This document shows positions 59,146 to 64,000 of a DNA stretch of 64,000 nt, one piece after another. Under the pieces are notes generated by a model. It was not told the DNA's origin. It worked only from the letters and a program-made list of their open reading frames with translations, and did no database searches. The translations under genes were made by a program, and so were the position numbers. Source of the DNA: Vermamoeba vermiformis (taxonomy: Eukaryota); the NCBI GenBank assembly GCA_045837725.1, contig JBEWZL010000201.1:1-64000 (forward strand), given 5' to 3'. The stretch's first letter is position 1. Each line of letters starts with the position of its first letter.

Positions 59146-62021
59146 ATGAATGATATTATCAAATATGGATTATATTTTCTAGCGATTGTTGACCTCGTTC
59201 GATGTCAGACGAGCGAGCCAGGTACAGAGCCACCATCCGAACCTCCGACCAGCGAAGTATTTGAAACGGATCCAAGCGCGATAAAAGTTGGAATATTATT
59301 GATCTTAGCACTGCTAGTAGTATCTTTTTATACAGGCTACATTCTGCACAGATTTAATGTAGAGTATTTATTTGAGTCTGGTGGATCTATCCTTTGGGGC
59401 ATTATAATCGGTGCTATCATAAGGTAATACAATTAAAAATTTAATTAATAACTTTATTAAATTATGGTCACTTCGTTTTTAATTTGTTATTATTAGGTTT
59501 ACAACAACAGAAGGTCAAAACACTTTGCGATCTGTTGTTTCATTTAATTCCGAAGTATTTTTGCTTGGATTATTGCCGCCAATCATTATCGAGTCCGGCT
59601 ATAATCTCAAAAGGGTAATAAAAAAAAAAAGTATGAAATTTCCTTTTCGTGGATCTGACCCTTGTCCAGCGTTCATTCTTTTACAATCTCGATGGTATCC
59701 TTTTCTTTGCTTTCTTGGGCACAGCGATATCAGCGATGAGCTTTGCTGGTCTGGTATATTTGGTGATCTATTTGGGTACGAGCTTCTATTCGAATAAGCC
59801 GTGCACAACATGGAACTAATTGTTATATCGTGATTCGATTAGGATGGACTCAGCATACTCTAACTCTACCCAGACTGTTTCTTATTCGGAGCATTGATTT
59901 CAGCGACAGATCCCGTTACAGTACTATCGATTTTCAAAATGTTAGGCGTCAATCCTCATTTATACGCGAACGTCTTTGGCGAATCAGTACTTAATGACGC
60001 TGTGGCTATAGTATTGTACAAGTAAGTGGTGCATGTTCAGCGTAGTCGAAAATTGACCTGACACTTGTCGTAGAACGATAGCCAATGTCGGCGACGCTGA
60101 ATTTACTGCAGAGGAGTTTTTCATTGCATTTGGCGAGTTCATCAAGATATTTTTCGGCTCACTTGGCATTGGTACAGGAGTAGCTCTGCTAATGGCATTG
60201 GTACGCTGGTTGTCCTTCTCTGTCAATAATCTTGTCACTAACAAGTCCTTAGATGTACAAGTATTCCACTTTGTACAAGTTCCCTGTAGCCGAGACAGCA
60301 CTGTTTGTCTTGTTGTCGGTTGGCAGTTATATTCTGAGCGAGTTTTTATCGCTGAGTGGCATCGTAGCAGCTCTGTTCTGCGGCATGTTGTTGGACTACT
60401 ACGCATTCAATAACCTCTCTGAGTACGTTTTGCCTTTGAAGTACGCCATTCAGTGCTAACATTATGATGCAGAACGAGTCAGCGAGCCACAAAGAGAATA
60501 TTTTTGGTGCTCGGATCCATCGCTGAAACATTTATCTTCAATTACATTGGCTTGGCACTATTTGCTTTCAATCAAGACTATGACTATGCACTAATACTTC
60601 TGTGCATACCCATTCTATTTATATCACGTGCATTGAATGTATTCCCTCTCTCTGGCATCATCAACAGCTGGCGCAAGAAGAATCATCGAATTTCAAAGAA
60701 AGACCAATTCATGCTATGGTTTTCTGGTACGTCTCATGAACTGGTGTTAGCTGTCGTCTAACGATGCTTTAGGTCTTCGAGGAGCTATCGCACTGGCACT
60801 GGCTCTTAGCGTGAAGAACCCTATTGACGAGCCAGTCATCTTCACCACGACTTTGATGCTCATTCTATTCACGGTCATCATTCTCGGTGGCACGACCATT
60901 CCGATCATGAGGGGTCTCAAGATTGAGGCTGAAGCACTCAAACACAACCCAAATCCGAACATCGACGTGACGGAGGATGAATACAATTTCACCATCGAGA
61001 ATAAGTTCTTACGCGTTGACAGAAAGTAAGAGTTTTGTGGCGACAAACGACGCGGTACTAATCGTTGTGTCAGGTATCTGTGGCCGTTTTTCACGCGAGG
61101 TACGGCTCACTTACATCTACCCCTGGACGAGAAAGTGGCAGATGCAGCACGAGAGGGTGAAGAGTTGATTAATCCCGAACAAAACGGTGCAAATGAGGCT
61201 GAAGTCGCGATTGAGATGGACGGTCGGTCGAACGTTGCGAGTCCGAGTGACAGCTTCACCAGGAGCACTAGCATGAACTCTAGCACGCGAGCAAGGCTGT
61301 CGGGCAGCAGAAATAGATCCGAGGACGCTGGTCCAAAGGCAGTCGGCAAAGGGACGTTGTCGTCAAGTCAAGAGGTACGCAGTCCTTATCCTACTGGCAT
61401 CATCCAGCGGTCAAACAAGGTCAAGATTAGCACGAGCGAAGTACCGCCGCACTATGGTAATTCTAATTAGATCGAGTCGTTTTGTACAACACTCACGCTG
61501 CGTTTTCAGAATGGGATCCAGGCAATGAAGACGAGAAGAAAGAGGAGCTGCAGCTGTGGCAGACCGCGGAGATCAAGTTCAAAGAGAGCACTGGTTCGCC
61601 TATCAGGCGCATTGATTTCCGCGAGCCAGGTTCTGAGCATCAAGTGTCTGACGCTGCCTTGCACATCGTGGAGCATGCCATCGATAGGGCTCATCAAGTG
61701 GAGATGCACGCGATCAACGAGCCTGATGAGTTGCATTCGAATGTGAGCAACAACATCAACTCCAACAACACGATGATCACGACAAATACGCAAGAGGCAC
61801 CCTCGTCTGCACATGCACCCAACTTGAACCAGAACCAAGAAGTTCTGCCGCCCTCGTCGGACTTTGAAACCGCGGTCCAGCAGCAACTTGCGAACAACAT
61901 TACCACTGTAGAGCTACAAGATGAGACTGGTGACCAGTCGGAATCTGTTGGCACGGAGGAGTCTAGCACGAGCAAAGCAAGCCCAACGAGTCAGGAAGTT
62001 GTTGTGGGCGCAGAAACGTGA
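59146..62021 (+). CDS. Na+/H+ exchanger (CPA1; NHX1/NHE8-like) with a long disordered C-terminal tail
   Basis: [53 protein letters not shown]; multi-exon. Confidence 0.92.
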
Positions 62022-62375
62022 CGACAACACGCCACCAGTAGCAGATCCGGATCTGTCGCACAACAGGGAAAGCCACGAAGAGAAATCGAGCTCTGAATCG
62101 ACCTGACTAGTGGTTAAAATAAATAAATTTTTGTTTAAGCGCATTTTCTCGCTTGATCCACAATATCCACCGATCTGTCAGAAATTCTCCTTGTAATTTG
62201 TCAGATTCCATTCGCGTTGGCCACAACTGTTAAAATCATTTACAAACTATTATGTGTCTAAGATCTATGTCTAAGAATCGTTATTTTTAGATCGCGTGCT
62301 TTTGTTCGTTGCCATAAAATTTTTCAGTTTGTCCAGCTATTTATTGCAGAGAACAACAGTAGTACTTTATACAAA

Positions 62376-64000
62376 ATGGCTGAATACGACCTTAGTAAAT
62401 CAATTGGCAAATACTTGGATCGCCACTTATACGTGCTCATCTGCGAGTTTTTGCAAGAGAACAATGTTCGTATTACAGCAATAATTTTATAATATTAGGC
62501 ACCGAATATATCTTGTTAAGCACATACAATGTAGCAATTGGATAATTATATTTAACCAATTATAATTAGGTTTATCCCAAGGAGGAGATTCTGAAAGCTG
62601 AATTAGAGCTGTTAAGCAAAACAAGCTTGGTTGGCTTTGCTATGGAAGTTTACAAAAATTTAAATAATACTCAAGATGTTCCACAAGGTAATTATTGCTT
62701 TGAGAAAATGATTCGAATCCCCTCCACCAAAACTTATTATTCCACGATTCGTTGGAATATTGGATATATTATAATTTAATATATGCACGTGGATTATAAA
62801 TGCTAGACGATTAGATATTATAATCGAGAATTATTTGTTTGATCAAAATAATAATCGATCGCATCCAGCCATGAACGAACAACAAGCACAATTGGAGCAA
62901 TCGCTTAAGAAATTAGAAGAAGAATCAGCGCCTTTGTTGGCTTTGATTGAAAAAGAATCGCAGGTCCAAGCCTTGCGCAACGATCACCAATTTACTTTGC
63001 CGCATCTTGAACAGAACTTTAATGTAAGCAACGATCTTAATGGCAGCACGTTATATAATATTTTAAATATCGAAGCAACACGATAATACGACCCTATTAA
63101 TGACATCAATCTAACTTTATTTTTTGCGATCCAGATTAAGGAAAATCACGTTGATTCATTGTACAAATTAGCCAAGTTACAATACGAATGCGGTCAATAT
63201 AATGAAGCCCTTAAGTAAGTTTTATTAGACGAGAAAATACGAGATTACAGACTATCGCTGGATCTGCAACATTTCGCGTGTATTTCAAAATATTATTGTC
63301 GATTAGACGATAGACAACACCACAATATAGTACCATATATTAATACGCCCTATTCTCTGGCAGGTTCTTGGCTGTTGTTCGCGATCTAACGAAGGATCAA
63401 GAGCGCGCCTTGAGTGCCTTGTGGGGTCAATTGGCCAGCGAGATTTTGATGGACTCCATGGACCAGGCCTCCAAGTCCCTCGCACAGCTCAAAGAAGTGA
63501 TTGAGAGCAAGTCATTCATGTCGCCGCTCAAACAACTGCAACAGCGCACGTGGTTGTTGCACTGGTCGTTGTTCGTCTTCTTCAAGCACCAGCCCAGCCG
63601 CACTGGCATCGTTGACTTGTGTTTCCACGACAAGTGAGTCACGTGCTCGTGTCACGTGTCAAGTTGCAGCACTAACATTCTATTGCCACTGCAGATACAT
63701 GAACGCCATTCAGACCACGTGCCCGTACATTTTGCGTTACCTCGCCGCGGCAGTGGTGATCAACAAAAAGAAGCGCAATTACTTGAAAGAATTGGTGCGC
63801 GTGATCGATCAAGAGTCGTACAGATTCCAAGACCCCGTGACACAGTTCTTGGAGGCCTTGTACATCAATTTTGACTTTGAGGCCGCGGAACAAAAGCTCA
63901 AGTCGTGCGAGAAGGCCTTGGCGAACGATTATTTCTTGCAGCCTTACAAGGACGAGTTCGTTGAGAACGCGCGTCTGTTCATCTTCGAGACGTACTGCAA
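62376..64000 (+). CDS. EIF3E: translation initiation factor eIF3 subunit e (INT6), 3'-truncated by the window edge
   Basis: [69 protein letters not shown]. Confidence 0.95.

Noticed and set aside
59694-59703. GTATCCTTTT, a perfect U12-type 5' splice-site consensus in the NHE gene
   Set aside because: It lies within the conserved in-frame exon ([13 protein letters not shown]), and the flanking introns are ordinary GT-AG. I found no U12 introns in the window.
62010-62106. Protein-like +1-frame continuation after the NHE stop (possible frameshift or readthrough)
   Set aside because: No slippery site or stimulatory structure seen in this low-complexity tail; it could be UTR or a single-base assembly error, and cannot be supported without reads.
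1-64000. Alternative genetic code, CRISPR arrays, rRNA, prokaryotic operons
   Set aside because: Conserved genes translate with the standard code once introns are removed, and TAA, TAG and TGA all act as stops; no repeat-spacer arrays or rRNA-like sequence seen.

Overview
Eukaryotic nuclear DNA in the standard genetic code, from a very gene-dense protist-like genome (an amoebozoan is plausible, but the lineage cannot be fixed from this window). About 30 mostly intron-containing protein genes lie 35-700 bp apart. Recognisable genes: Rab geranylgeranyltransferase beta, MCM7, PDH E2 (two lipoyl domains), BiP, DPH7, cytosolic Hsp70, dynactin p62, Mic60, Rab11, an atypical ALDH, exportin-5-like, an NSUN-type m5C methyltransferase, Tpt1, a TauE/SafE transporter, a receptor tyrosine-kinase-like protein, CKAP2-like, a Sir2 sirtuin, a divergent CCT8-like chaperonin, G-alpha, RPS30, a bacterial-type PssA, an NHE/NHX exchanger and eIF3e (partial). 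Gene models were spliced by eye, so their ends are approximate. Most notable observations: (1) two identical tRNA-Leu(UAA) genes, each in sense orientation inside an intron of an unrelated gene and sharing upstream and downstream flanking blocks, so that almost the whole XPO5 intron is homologous to part of the Rab11 intron; (2) very dense CACGTG/TCACGTGAC clusters inside coding exons that imprint His-Val-Thr on the proteins; (3) a ~3.2-kb orphan-gene island bracketed by a ~0.5-kb direct duplication of the chaperonin 3' end and holding a tandem pair of diverging 107-aa orphan ORFs; (4) unusual domain fusions (zf-FCS/PIN/C-terminal F-box; THAP-like finger plus multi-TM; P-domain/myxobacterial Cys-repeat receptor kinase); (5) a systematic AT-rich 5' versus GC/CpG-rich gene-body polarity, and a CpG-depleted segment at the window start.
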